Source: Candidatus Zhuqueibacterota bacterium (GTDB lineage Bacteria > Zhuqueibacterota > Zhuqueibacteria > Thermofontimicrobiales > Thermofontimicrobiaceae). From it: DNA of 64,000 bases. Every line of letters begins with the position of its first letter. Positions within the stretch are counted from its first letter, which is position 1. The notes below the pieces were generated by a model that saw only the letters and a list, made by a program, of their open reading frames with translations, made no database searches and had not been told where the DNA came from. The stretch spans positions 224,001 to 288,000 of the forward strand of contig JBMOPW010000034.1 of NCBI GenBank assembly GCA_049322915.1, written 5' to 3'. Positions 49,285-59,768 of this stretch are shown in pieces. Position numbers and translations under genes: made by a program.

Positions 49285-50196
49285 ATGGAAAAACTATTAA
49301 TCACCGGCGTAAACGGGTTGTTGGGACAGAAATTATTAATGCAAGCGGCATCCAAATATTCCATTGTCGGGATTGATCTGCACGATCAGCCCTTCAACAA
49401 GAAAATTCATTTCGACTATCTCAAACTCGATCTGACCGACCGAAAAGCTGTCAAAGATGCCATATTGAGCATCTATCCCCATTACCTGGTCAACACGGCA
49501 GCCATGACCAATGTGGATGCCTGCGAGAACGAGAAGGAGAAATGCTGGAAAATCAATGTCGAAGCCGTGAACAATATCGTGTATGCGGCGCGGAAAATAG
49601 GAACGAAAATCGTGCATCTGTCGACTGATTATATCTTCGACGGGAAAAAAGGCCCGTACGACGAAACAGCCACGCCTTCACCGCTCGGTTATTACGGCAA
49701 ATCAAAGCTGGCCAGCGAAAATGTATTGGCCGCATCCGAACTGGATTATGCCATTGTGCGAACGATGGTCTTGTACGGCGACGCAGAAGCCATTCGTCCC
49801 AATTTTGTCACATGGCTTGTGGCGACATTGAAACAGGGAAAATCCGTCACCATTGTGAACGATCAGTTTGGCAATCCCACCCTGGCCGATGATCTTGCCG
49901 CCGCCATTATCCGCATTATTCAGTTGCAGAAATGGGATCTGTATCATGTCTGCGGCAGTGAACTCATCGATCGTTATCAGTTCGCTCTGAAAATTGCTGA
50001 CATCTACAAATTGAACAAAAGCCTCATTCATCAGACCACCACGCCGGAACTGAATCAGGCGGCGCTGCGTCCGTTGAAGTCGGGGTTCATCGTGGACAAG
50101 GCCCAAAACGATCTGCAAATTCATTTATCCAATGTGGAAGACGGGCTGCGCAAGATGCGCAAGCAGTCGAAGAAACTCATCTTTTTCAAATCATGA
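49285..50196 (+). CDS. rfbD: dTDP-4-dehydrorhamnose reductase
   Basis: TGVNGLLG, STDYIFDG, YGKSK, DQFGNPT. Confidence 0.9.
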   Translation: MEKLLITGVNGLLGQKLLMQAASKYSIVGIDLHDQPFNKKIHFDYLKLDLTDRKAVKDAILSIYPHYLVNTAAMTNVDACENEKEKCWKINVEAVNNIVYAARKIGTKIVHLSTDYIFDGKKGPYDETATPSPLGYYGKSKLASENVLAASELDYAIVRTMVLYGDAEAIRPNFVTWLVATLKQGKSVTIVNDQFGNPTLADDLAAAIIRIIQLQKWDLYHVCGSELIDRYQFALKIADIYKLNKSLIHQTTTPELNQAALRPLKSGFIVDKAQNDLQIHLSNVEDGLRKMRKQSKKLIFFKS

Positions 50197-50241
50197 AGAA
50201 AATTAATCCCCCCTTTCTGAAGATAAAGGATCAATCCAGGT

Positions 50242-50958
50242 ATGAACTCGATTGTTGTTATTCCAACCTACAATGAAGCTGATAATATTGAAAAGCTGAT
50301 CGACAAAATTCTGTTTCAGGGCTTGAGAAATCTGGACATACTGGTCGTGGACGATAACTCCCCGGATGGCACAGCGGGAATCGTCGAAAAGCTCGCAACC
50401 TTAGAGAATAACATCTACTTGCTGAAACGAAGCCACAAAGCCGGCCTGGGCACGGCGTACGTGGCCGGATTCAAATACGCGATCGATAAAAAGTATGACT
50501 ACATCTTCGAAATGGATGCGGACTTCTCCCATGATCCGGACGAAATCCCCCATTTTCTCGAAGCGATCAAGACCTGCGATGTTGTCATTGGCTCCCGGTA
50601 CAAGACCGGTGTGAACGTGATCAACTGGCCGCTGATGCGGCTGGTGCTGAGCGTCGGGGCGAACAAGTACACGCAGATCATCACCGGGCTGCCGGTGAAT
50701 GACTGCACCGGCGGTTACAAATGCTTCCGGCGCGAAGTGCTGGAAGCCATCGACCTCAATAAAGTCGTCTCCGACGGTTATTCCTTCCAGATTGAGGTGA
50801 ATTTCAAGGCATGGAAAAAGGGATTCAAAATTTGTGAGATACCGATCATCTTCACCGACCGCGAAGTGGGGCGTTCGAAAATGTCCAAACGGATCATCCG
50901 CGAAGCCATCTGGATTGTCTGGAAACTGAAATTGGCCAGCATATTCGGTCGTCTCTGA
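50242..50958 (+). CDS. Polyprenol-monophosphomannose synthase-like GT2
   Basis: IPTYNE, VDDNSPDGT, EMDADFSH. Confidence 0.92.
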   Translation: MNSIVVIPTYNEADNIEKLIDKILFQGLRNLDILVVDDNSPDGTAGIVEKLATLENNIYLLKRSHKAGLGTAYVAGFKYAIDKKYDYIFEMDADFSHDPDEIPHFLEAIKTCDVVIGSRYKTGVNVINWPLMRLVLSVGANKYTQIITGLPVNDCTGGYKCFRREVLEAIDLNKVVSDGYSFQIEVNFKAWKKGFKICEIPIIFTDREVGRSKMSKRIIREAIWIVWKLKLASIFGRL

Positions 50959-51051
50959 TTTTACGCACCCGCTTTTTCGCCCCGGTCTGTGTGAAAAAAT
51001 CAGCATCAACTTGATCGCGTTGGATCTTCATCCTCCGCAGGCAATGGTTGG

Positions 51052-51099
51052 AACGCATGTCCCCGAATCGGCGTACGTTCGGGATGAATATCCCGAACG
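51052..51099. repeat. REP-like palindromic element, copy 2
   Basis: AACGCATGTCCCCGAATCGGCGTACGTTCGGGAT plus hairpin CGTTCGGGAT-GAAT-ATCCCGAACG. Confidence 0.5.
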
Positions 51100-51198
51100 A
51101 TCGGATCAGCAATGCTCAGAATGCCAGGATGACCTATTTCTTCCTTTCGACTTTTTAGACTGTAAATATATCGAATTACCATATATGCAAATTTCCGC

Positions 51199-51227
51199 TT
51201 GACAATGTCGGGATTAACATGTATATT
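51199..51227 (+). promoter_or_regulatory. Sigma70 promoter upstream of cstA
   Basis: TTGACA-N17-TATATT. Confidence 0.7.
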
Positions 51228-51509
51228 GGGTTCAACTTAACTCAATTCCTCAGTTGCCGGTAATAGCTATTATTCCGGACTGTGAATTATGAAAAGGACA
51301 GCCGATAAATCGCATCACTCGCGACTTCTCCGGCACAAGCGTTTCATCTGTTTCGCCAGGGGCGCTGCATCCAAAACGAAGTTAGTCGTGTGAATTTTCT
51401 GTCCACGATGTTAAGCAAATTGACGTGTCATTTCGATTGTGATAGTTCATCATCCGGCTAAATCTCCAATGTGAAATCAGGTTTAACTTCTCTCCCGGGA
51501 ATCATTAGT

Positions 51510-53441
51510 ATGAAAACGTTCATGAAAATACTCTGGGTCGCTGTAAGTCTGCTCGCTGCTATTTCCATTGGCGTCGTTGTCGGCTGGCTCAATCCGTCGG
51601 AGAAAGTAAATGCGCTCTGGATTGTCACTGCCGCAGCGTGTTTCTACGCAATTTCCTATCGGTTCTATGCGGCATTCATCGCCGCGAAAGTCCTGACCAT
51701 TGATTCGGGCCGGAAAACGCCGGCCATCAGTCATCCCGATGGCATCGACTATGACCCAACCAACCGCTGGGTGCTGTTCGGCCATCATTTTGCGGCCATC
51801 GCCGGCGCCGGACCTCTGATTGGCCCCATGCTGGCTGCGCAGTTCGGCTACGTTCCGGGGTTTTTGTGGATTCTCATCGGCGCCGCTGTCGCCGGCGCGG
51901 TGCACGACATGGTGATCCTGACAGCCTCCATTCGTCGGGACGGCCACTCCCTGGCTCAAATTGCCAAAGATGAAATCGGCCCGGTCGGTGGCTTCGCCGC
52001 CTCAATCGCGATTCTGTTCATTCTCATCGTGGCGCTGGCAAGTCTTGGCCTGGCGGTCGTCAATGCGCTGCGCGAAAATTCATGGGGGACATTCACCATT
52101 GCGCTGACAATTCCCATCGCTATTTTGATGGGGTTCTATCTCCGTTTCATTCGCCCCGGAAAAGTGGGCGAAGTGAGCGTCATCGGCGTCATCCTGCTTC
52201 TGCTGGCCGTCTATTTCGGAGGGAAAATACCGCAATCGTCTATCGGCCACTGGCTGGTGTTGTCCCATCATAAACTCGTCTGGGCGCTGATGATTTACGG
52301 ATTTCTGGCTTCGGTTCTGCCGGTCTGGCTGCTGCTGTGCCCTCGCGATTATCTTTCGACGTACATGAAAATCGGCACGATCGCCCTGCTCGGTCTGGGC
52401 GTTGTGTTCATGGCGCCGGTGCTGCAGATGCCGGCCGTCACCCAATTTGCGAGCGGGAACGGGCCGATTATTCCCGGCAAGCTGTTCCCGTTTTTATTCA
52501 TCACCATCGCCTGCGGGGCAATTTCCGGCTTTCACGCGCTGATCGCTTCCGGCACCACGCCGAAGATGATCATGTCCGAAAATCATATCCGACACATCGG
52601 TTACGGCGCAATGATCACCGAGGGATTCGTTTCCATGATGGCGCTGATTGCCGCTTGCATCCTGATCCCCGGCGATTATTTTGCAATTAATACCACACTG
52701 TCTGTCGATGCCATCGCCGCGCTGGGATTCCCGGTGGAAAAGATCAACGAACTTTCTGCGATGGTCGGTCTGGATGTCAAAGGAAGGCCAGGCGGCGCTG
52801 TTTCGCTGGCGGTAGGCATGACCACCATCCTGTCGCACCTCCCCGGCATGAAGGACCTGATGCCCTACTGGTTCACGTTCGCCCTGATGTTCGAAGCGCT
52901 GTTCATCCTGACCACAGTCGATGCCGGGACGCGCGTGGCGCGGTTTTTAATACAGGAATTCGGCGGCTATGTCTATAAACCGTTGGGACGCCAGCGCTGG
53001 GTGCCGGGCATTATTGTTGCCAGCGCGCTCGTGGTACTGGCCTGGGGTTATCTGATTCATTCGGGGACTGTCTCCCGCATTTGGCCGATGTTCGGCGTAT
53101 CCAATCAACTGCTGGCGGCCATTGCGCTCGGCGTGGGTACCACACTCATCATCAAAGCTGGAAAAGCGCGCTATGTCTGGGTGACGCTGGTTCCCATGGC
53201 ATTCATGTTCTCCACCACGTTGACGGCCTCATGGCAATTATACCATTCGTTCCGCGACCAGGCTGCAAGAGCTGCCACGTCCGCAGAAGCATTCAACCTG
53301 AATCTCGACGCGGTGCTCATGGCCATTATGGCGGTGCTGGCGCTCATCGCTCTGGGGGACATGCTCTACAAATGGTACGGCTATCTGTCCGGGTCACGAT
53401 CAATTACGTCAAGTGAGATACTCGAATCTTCGGAGAAATAA
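51510..53441 (+). CDS. cstA: Carbon starvation protein A family transporter
   Basis: GHHFAAIAGAGP, ITIACGAISGFH, IWPMFG. Confidence 0.95.
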   Translation: MKTFMKILWVAVSLLAAISIGVVVGWLNPSEKVNALWIVTAAACFYAISYRFYAAFIAAKVLTIDSGRKTPAISHPDGIDYDPTNRWVLFGHHFAAIAGAGPLIGPMLAAQFGYVPGFLWILIGAAVAGAVHDMVILTASIRRDGHSLAQIAKDEIGPVGGFAASIAILFILIVALASLGLAVVNALRENSWGTFTIALTIPIAILMGFYLRFIRPGKVGEVSVIGVILLLLAVYFGGKIPQSSIGHWLVLSHHKLVWALMIYGFLASVLPVWLLLCPRDYLSTYMKIGTIALLGLGVVFMAPVLQMPAVTQFASGNGPIIPGKLFPFLFITIACGAISGFHALIASGTTPKMIMSENHIRHIGYGAMITEGFVSMMALIAACILIPGDYFAINTTLSVDAIAALGFPVEKINELSAMVGLDVKGRPGGAVSLAVGMTTILSHLPGMKDLMPYWFTFALMFEALFILTTVDAGTRVARFLIQEFGGYVYKPLGRQRWVPGIIVASALVVLAWGYLIHSGTVSRIWPMFGVSNQLLAAIALGVGTTLIIKAGKARYVWVTLVPMAFMFSTTLTASWQLYHSFRDQAARAATSAEAFNLNLDAVLMAIMAVLALIALGDMLYKWYGYLSGSRSITSSEILESSEK

Positions 53442-53751
53442 CAAAGGGATTGTTTCGATTGCAATCGGTTGGGGGTCAATCCATTTTGGAATTGTTATAT
53501 TTTTTGTACAGCGATGGTGTGTCGCTGCATTAACAAACGAGCCTTGCTTCTTTCCTGAATTCAACAACGTTACCACCGTGAGGCTGTGGTTCGACTGGTT
53601 CGTCACATGCCCCACGCCGGGACAGTGTTTTGGACAAATTTCTCTGGCAGCATACGTTCAACCGCGCCACCTGGCGACGATTGGGCATTCATCAGCGCCC
53701 AATGCTAAAAAGTGATTGAGGGTAGTTCTCAAATCAATGAACAACCAAGCT

Positions 53752-56271
53752 ATGACGAAAACGGCTTTCTTGCCATTGTTCTTTTTCTTCATTCTGAGCA
53801 TTTCATGTGCAACGAGCCCATTCCAGACGCACGACGCGCATGGCGTGATCACAGCGGATTCGTCCGGCATCTATTCCTCCCAACTCTCATTCACGCCGGA
53901 GCGATTATTTCCAAAGACGAACTGGAGCGGCAATTGGCTTTGGTTGAATAGAAAACAGTTCCCGAAATTTCAGAATACCCGGTCGGAATGGATTCACGAA
54001 AATCTGCCGCCGAATCGATGCACCGCCCTGTTTCGAAAAAAATTCGATTTGGATAAAATTCCGTCACGTGCGATACTCTGCGTTACCGGCGATGTATCGT
54101 TTCGAATCTATCTCAACGGACAGTTCATCTGTCAGGGGCCGCCCAATATTGGCAGCGATTATGAGGATCACGCCCCTCCGCAGCACTGGTTCTTTACCAT
54201 ACACGATGTGAAAAAGCACCTGCGCGTCGGGAATAATGTCATTGCTGCGGAAGTCTATTCCTTCGATTTAGCCCTGTCGGAAACCACGTCCGGCAAAGGA
54301 AGATTCCTGTGCGATCTGGACTTCGGCTTGAACCAGACAATTGTCTCGACAGATACCACCTGGAAATGCCAGCGAGATTCCTGCCTCTCCGTGAAAGAAG
54401 GCGGACTGGTTTACAACGCCACGCGGGAAATTCAGGGTTGGCGCGACATTCACTTCGACGATGGACTGTGGCCCAATGCCTCCATTCAGGATACCGTAGA
54501 AAGCGGTTATCTGGTCATGAGTCAAATTCCCATTCCCACTCGCTATCCTCGCGAAGCCAACAACATCAGGCGCTCACTCACCAGCATCGACAGCGCCAGG
54601 ACTTCCTGGTCATTGGCCGATTGCATTTTATTCAATGAAAGCTTCACTCTCGACTTTGAAAGAAATATGTCGGCCTATTATTCCCTGTCCCTGTCTGCGC
54701 ACGAGGGCGATACAGTTAAAATTTTCCCGCGGGAAAAATCCTCGGTAAACAGGCCACTTGTCTATATCTGCAAAGAAGGCGCGAACTCTTTTACAACGCC
54801 GCAATTGAATGTTTTCAGGTATTTGACTGTGGACGTTACCTCCCGGCGCGGCATGAAAATCGATTCTATAGCCGCATTGTTTTCCACGTACCCGGTGAGC
54901 TACCGGGGCAGTTTCGCCTGTTCCGACACTTTCTACACAAAGCTTTGGGACGTTGCTCGCTGGACCACCCAACTCTGCATGAATAGTCTTCATTTCGACT
55001 CACCCAGGCATCAAGAACCTCTCGCCTGCACGGGCGATTATCTCATCGAATCGCAATCAAATTTCTACGCCTTTGGCGATCCCTGGTTGGCGCGACAGGA
55101 TTTGATAAAGACAGCGCGAATACTGCAGAAAAACAATTATGACATGTTCCACACCAGTTATTCCCTGTTGTGGGTTCAGATGTTATACAATTATTTTCAA
55201 TTCACCGGCGATTCTCTGCTCGTGATGGAACTCCTTCCGCATGTCAATGCATTGAATGAGCGGTTCGCCTCATATTTGGACGAGGATTTTCTGGTCAGTC
55301 AGGCACCGGATTACATGTTCATGGACTGGATCAAAATCAATGGTTACAATGCGCACCATCCGCCCGCAGTGATTGGCATGGGCTATATGACAGCCTTTTA
55401 TTATCGATCATTGGTCATCGCGGCCGCGTTCAATGCGATCGTTCACAACAACAGCGCCAGTAAAGAAAATCTTAGGCTCGCCGAAAAAATAAAGGATGGC
55501 TTTAACAAAAAATTATGGGATGACGCGAAGGGGATATACCGTGATGGTGTGGCATTCATAAGTCAGCAATCACCGCATTTTTGGTTGCCCGAAGACGCGG
55601 ACATCGTAACGTACAGTCCGCACGTCAATTCGCTCGCCGTCCTTTACGACATGGCATCCCCGGATAAACAAGCTTCTATCATGGACTATGTTTTGAAGCA
55701 AAAGGAGATAGACTTACAGCCTTACTTTTTGTCTTTTATACTTTCCGCACTGGCGCATATCAAAAAGTTCGACACAGATGGTTTGTCCTGCCTTGATAGA
55801 TGGAAAAATGGTCTCGATTGGGAAACGCATACGCTGAAAGAAAACTGGCAGGACAAAACGGAATTTGGTTACATCGGTGATTATAGCCATGCCTGGGGAG
55901 GGTCGCCATTGTATTTCATGTCCGGAGAAATGCTGGGTATTTCACCGGAAAAACCCGGGTTTCGGACGATACGGTTCGTTCCGTATGTGAGCGATCGGAT
56001 AACGTGGGCGAAAGGCGTTGTCCCGGTGGATGAAGATGCGGACGTCTCTGTTTCATGGGAGAGAAACGGAGATTTGGAATATGTCTACTCTATCGAAATC
56101 CCTTCAAATTATCATGCTGTATTATATCAACCGAAACGGTTAAATAAGTACGAGCTTCAAACAGATCAAAAACTGCACGGAACGGATAGATCGTCCGTCA
56201 TCCTTTCTGCCGGCAAGCACGTCGTTGTTTTTAAAAAAGCTGGAGAATTAAATCCGCGTTCGAGCGACTGA
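53752..56271 (+). CDS. GH78-like alpha-L-rhamnosidase family lipoprotein
   Basis: Lipobox-like ISC, LFRKKF, DSPRHQE...GD, ENW...DYSHAWGG. Confidence 0.8.
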   Translation: MTKTAFLPLFFFFILSISCATSPFQTHDAHGVITADSSGIYSSQLSFTPERLFPKTNWSGNWLWLNRKQFPKFQNTRSEWIHENLPPNRCTALFRKKFDLDKIPSRAILCVTGDVSFRIYLNGQFICQGPPNIGSDYEDHAPPQHWFFTIHDVKKHLRVGNNVIAAEVYSFDLALSETTSGKGRFLCDLDFGLNQTIVSTDTTWKCQRDSCLSVKEGGLVYNATREIQGWRDIHFDDGLWPNASIQDTVESGYLVMSQIPIPTRYPREANNIRRSLTSIDSARTSWSLADCILFNESFTLDFERNMSAYYSLSLSAHEGDTVKIFPREKSSVNRPLVYICKEGANSFTTPQLNVFRYLTVDVTSRRGMKIDSIAALFSTYPVSYRGSFACSDTFYTKLWDVARWTTQLCMNSLHFDSPRHQEPLACTGDYLIESQSNFYAFGDPWLARQDLIKTARILQKNNYDMFHTSYSLLWVQMLYNYFQFTGDSLLVMELLPHVNALNERFASYLDEDFLVSQAPDYMFMDWIKINGYNAHHPPAVIGMGYMTAFYYRSLVIAAAFNAIVHNNSASKENLRLAEKIKDGFNKKLWDDAKGIYRDGVAFISQQSPHFWLPEDADIVTYSPHVNSLAVLYDMASPDKQASIMDYVLKQKEIDLQPYFLSFILSALAHIKKFDTDGLSCLDRWKNGLDWETHTLKENWQDKTEFGYIGDYSHAWGGSPLYFMSGEMLGISPEKPGFRTIRFVPYVSDRITWAKGVVPVDEDADVSVSWERNGDLEYVYSIEIPSNYHAVLYQPKRLNKYELQTDQKLHGTDRSSVILSAGKHVVVFKKAGELNPRSSD

Positions 56272-56341
56272 GGAAACCTAACAGGACTCACGCCGTACAC
56301 AGAAGTCGTTTGAAATGAAGCCAATTGAATGAGGTGTTTAT

Positions 56342-56569
56342 ATGATACCGATTTATAAAGCATTAGGAGTCACGTTGTTATCCATGGTCGTGCTGGCGAT
56401 TATTCGACTTTTCGAATTCAACACGACACTGTTCTCCTTTCAATTATTGCTCCTGATTTCCATTTTAGTTGCCACAATCATCGTTGCAATTTATGTCACA
56501 TACTCCATAACTGTCATGTTAACAGTGAACAAAACAGGAAAAAGGAAATGGCGAAAAGTAAACAGATAA
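56342..56569 (+). CDS. Small 2-TM hypothetical protein
   Basis: RBS GAGGTG, hydrophobic; overlaps the next gene. Confidence 0.5.
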   Translation: MIPIYKALGVTLLSMVVLAIIRLFEFNTTLFSFQLLLLISILVATIIVAIYVTYSITVMLTVNKTGKRKWRKVNR

Positions 56570-57336
56570 GGTATAATAAAAACTTCCTTTCTGCTTTAGC
56601 TGTCGTCTTACTTATTTCTTTCTTTGTGATCTTCTTCTTGATCTCCCGCATTAAAGTCATCCCGGAAAATGACTCCGCCATCATTGGTAATTTCATCGAG
56701 TGGTTCGGCGTGTTATATGGCGTGCTTCTAGCCTTGGTTGTTGTTGAAGTTTGGCAGCGGCATTCCCTTGTCAACAACGAAATCGATAGAGAAGCGGATG
56801 CGCTCGTCCTTCTCCTCAAGACAACCCGGTATTTGCAGGACAAAAAGAAAGTGCTCGCCATTGCCAAACTGATTTACGATTACTCGAGAATCATGCTCCG
56901 CGCCAAACACCCGAGGCAATATTCCAATCCGAAAGTGAACAGTAAACTGGATGAAATTCATCGGGAGATAGGAAGCGTCTTGCAGGATGACAGGATACCG
57001 CTGCCTTTCTCGCTGGAAATGATGCGGTACATCAACGACGCTATCGACATCCGCGGCGACTGGATGTCGCTTGTTCGGGAGCGTATGCCAAAGGGTATCT
57101 GGGTGCTGTTGTTGTTCACCTCTGTCTGGTGGGTATTGGGTTTTTTCGGATTGAATATTGAAAATTTCACTATTGCATTTACGCTCTGCAGTGTCGCGAC
57201 GTTCACGGTTTCAGCCATTATTTTCATCGTCAATGATCTGGATGATCCCATCAGCGGCTTATGGAAGACCCGATTTGAGTCATTTGACATTTTAAGAAAA
57301 GAAGCCAAAAATTTACTTGAGCAGAGAAATCAATAA
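56548..57336 (+). CDS. DUF4239-like membrane protein
   Basis: GVLYGVLLALVVVEVW...E, DLDDPISG. Confidence 0.75.
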   Translation: MAKSKQIRYNKNFLSALAVVLLISFFVIFFLISRIKVIPENDSAIIGNFIEWFGVLYGVLLALVVVEVWQRHSLVNNEIDREADALVLLLKTTRYLQDKKKVLAIAKLIYDYSRIMLRAKHPRQYSNPKVNSKLDEIHREIGSVLQDDRIPLPFSLEMMRYINDAIDIRGDWMSLVRERMPKGIWVLLLFTSVWWVLGFFGLNIENFTIAFTLCSVATFTVSAIIFIVNDLDDPISGLWKTRFESFDILRKEAKNLLEQRNQ

Positions 57337-57475
57337 TCACTCATCTCACAGTTCGACTTCAGAAGGCATCTCCCCCGCCTCGTTTCGGGATGAACCTCCC
57401 CTGTTTAAGTATGCATTTCCAGTCAGTTTGCCACTGACTCGCTGTTTGTTTTTAAAAGTAAAACCATCAGATTCA

Positions 57476-58588
57476 TCAATCGGGTAATATATCAATTTTC
57501 GGCAACAGCGTTTTCATCATGTCCAACACCATGTCGACAGTCACCGAATGACAGTCGCGATCACTGGTGCGAACGACGCGGAATCGCTCTCCCAACGGCT
57601 TCCACAACGATGGCTCGGTTGGACCAAAAATAGCGACGAGCGGCGTCCCAACGGCTGCGGCAACATGCATGACGCCGGTATCATTGCACAGGAATATTTC
57701 CATCTGCTGTACGATTGCTGCAAACTGTCGCAGGGCAAGCCCATCGCACACAATGGGTTTAAAATTCACCTGCGATAAAAGCATCTGTCCCAGTTCCACT
57801 TCCTTCGGTCCCCAGAACAGGACGGGCATGTAGCTCGCCTGAAACCAGTAGCCGGCCACCTCAGCAAATTTTTCCACCTGCCAGCGATTTTCAATTTTGC
57901 CAGCGCCGGGATGAATACCGATTGGCTGCAGTCCCGCAGTGAGTCCGTTGTCGCGCAGGAATTGAACGGCCCAATTCCGTTCCTCCTCAGTGATAGTCAT
58001 GACTTCCGAGCGATCCCGCGTATCGATTCCCAGGTATCTCACGATGTCCAGATTCCGCTCTGTCTGGTGTTTTTCAACCGCATCATAGGGCGCAAGAAAG
58101 GAATAGAAAAAATTTCGCTGGCAGCCGGGGAATATCCGATGCGCAGACCCCAGCACGAATTTTGAGCGGGAAAGATGGGACAGAATATCGGAAGAGAGCG
58201 AATGGGAAACAGTATTCAGCACCACGGCCAGTTCGTACCGGCGCCGCAGCTTTTTCCAGAACTCCCTGAGCCAGCCCAAAGAATAATTATAGCCCGATTC
58301 CGGCAGATAGATGACGTCGTTGATATACTCATTGTGAAGCGCGGCTTCCCGGGTATAGCCGCGCACCAGAACGGTAATATGGCTTTGCGGGAAATGCTCG
58401 CGCAATGCGCGCAGCACCGGCGTGGCCAATAGGAAATCGCCCAATTGATCATGCTGGCGAATGACGAGAATGCGGTCAATCGCCGACAGGTTCACTGCCA
58501 CTGAGCTCAGCACTTTCCTGCCCAGAATTTTTTCGAGCAGCCGCATGGTTCGGTTTCGAAAAGAAGTCGAGAATTTTTTCCAGCTCAT
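57476..58588 (-). CDS. GT9 (heptosyltransferase-like) glycosyltransferase
   Basis: LGDFLLATP, IHPGA, NDTGVMHVAAA, FGPT. Confidence 0.92.
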   Translation of the reverse strand: MSWKKFSTSFRNRTMRLLEKILGRKVLSSVAVNLSAIDRILVIRQHDQLGDFLLATPVLRALREHFPQSHITVLVRGYTREAALHNEYINDVIYLPESGYNYSLGWLREFWKKLRRRYELAVVLNTVSHSLSSDILSHLSRSKFVLGSAHRIFPGCQRNFFYSFLAPYDAVEKHQTERNLDIVRYLGIDTRDRSEVMTITEEERNWAVQFLRDNGLTAGLQPIGIHPGAGKIENRWQVEKFAEVAGYWFQASYMPVLFWGPKEVELGQMLLSQVNFKPIVCDGLALRQFAAIVQQMEIFLCNDTGVMHVAAAVGTPLVAIFGPTEPSLWKPLGERFRVVRTSDRDCHSVTVDMVLDMMKTLLPKIDILPD

Positions 58589-58602
58589 GAACGCTCCACG
58601 TG

Positions 58603-59676
58603 CTAAGGCGGCGTTATTCCGGCCAGCCGATGAATTTTTTGAACGACAGCTACAGGATCGTGGTGGCGCAGCACCCAGTCCCTCCCGGTTCGCCCTTTCT
58701 CCAGCCGATAGGTTTTGTCCTGAATGAGTCGAATCAATTGCTCTGATAAATTATCGCTGTCAATGATGATGAACGGATGATCCGGGTATTCGGCGGCGAA
58801 TCCTTCGGCCAAACAGGAACAGGTGGGAATGCCCATGGCCAGCGATTCCAGCGAATTGATGCCATAGCCCAGATCGCCAATCTGGTCGATAAAAATATGG
58901 CAGCCGGATTTCAACTCCAGCGCGGTTTGATACGGCAGGTTTTCGATGAGGAGCAGCCTCACAGGATGCGTCTTTTCAAGTTTTCGAACCCGGTCGATGA
59001 TGACATCGCTGCCTTTGGCGGCGCGATTTGTCGGCGCATGCCCGATGATCAGCACCTCATCATCCTTATTTAGCGATACAGTAAATTTTTTTGCATCAAA
59101 CGGAAAGCAGACATGGCGCAGATTGGGGTGCAGCGGCAGATGGTCGAATTCCACCGTGACGTTCACGTCGGCGATGGCGTCAATCTGAGGAATGACGCCG
59201 CGCGATCGCAAATCGCTGCCGGTGTAGCAGCAGATGATTTTCTTGCCAGCCTCATGCAACTGTTGGATATCGCGGCCATCCCGATAAAAGCCGATACCGC
59301 CATCCAGTTGAATGACATCGTAGTCATCCGGCTGATATACATCAAAAGCAGCCTTGATTTCCCGCTGCCAGATTTTTTCGCGGAATTGAATGAGCCGGCG
59401 CTCGAACCGGCCCGGTCGCCAGACCGGCGGAATTTCGCTGAGGCGCGGTTTGATGTTGGTAATCTCCGTCCGCGACTTGCCCAGCGTCCATCGTTTGAAC
59501 GTCGCAAAGCCACGAAAATTCAGCAGAGGCAGGTTCAGGCAAATATCTTCCGGGTAACCGCGGGGATTTTTTGCAAAGGTTATCAATCGGCTCTGGTGTC
59601 CCATTTGCCGCTCCGCAGTCACGAATGTCAGTGGGACACCAGCCACATTGAACGGGGCGATGTGCAAAATTTTCAT
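58603..59676 (-). CDS. GT-B fold glycosyltransferase
   Basis: HAPTNRAAKG, DQ...GYGINSLESLAMG. Confidence 0.8.
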   Translation of the reverse strand: MKILHIAPFNVAGVPLTFVTAERQMGHQSRLITFAKNPRGYPEDICLNLPLLNFRGFATFKRWTLGKSRTEITNIKPRLSEIPPVWRPGRFERRLIQFREKIWQREIKAAFDVYQPDDYDVIQLDGGIGFYRDGRDIQQLHEAGKKIICCYTGSDLRSRGVIPQIDAIADVNVTVEFDHLPLHPNLRHVCFPFDAKKFTVSLNKDDEVLIIGHAPTNRAAKGSDVIIDRVRKLEKTHPVRLLLIENLPYQTALELKSGCHIFIDQIGDLGYGINSLESLAMGIPTCSCLAEGFAAEYPDHPFIIIDSDNLSEQLIRLIQDKTYRLEKGRTGRDWVLRHHDPVAVVQKIHRLAGITPP

Positions 59677-59768
59677 TCTGATTAACGGACTACTTCGTTG
59701 AAAAAACCTGTTGGTGGTTACTTCTCTCCCATTCCCGATACGACGTCAGAATCACTTTCAACAATTCG

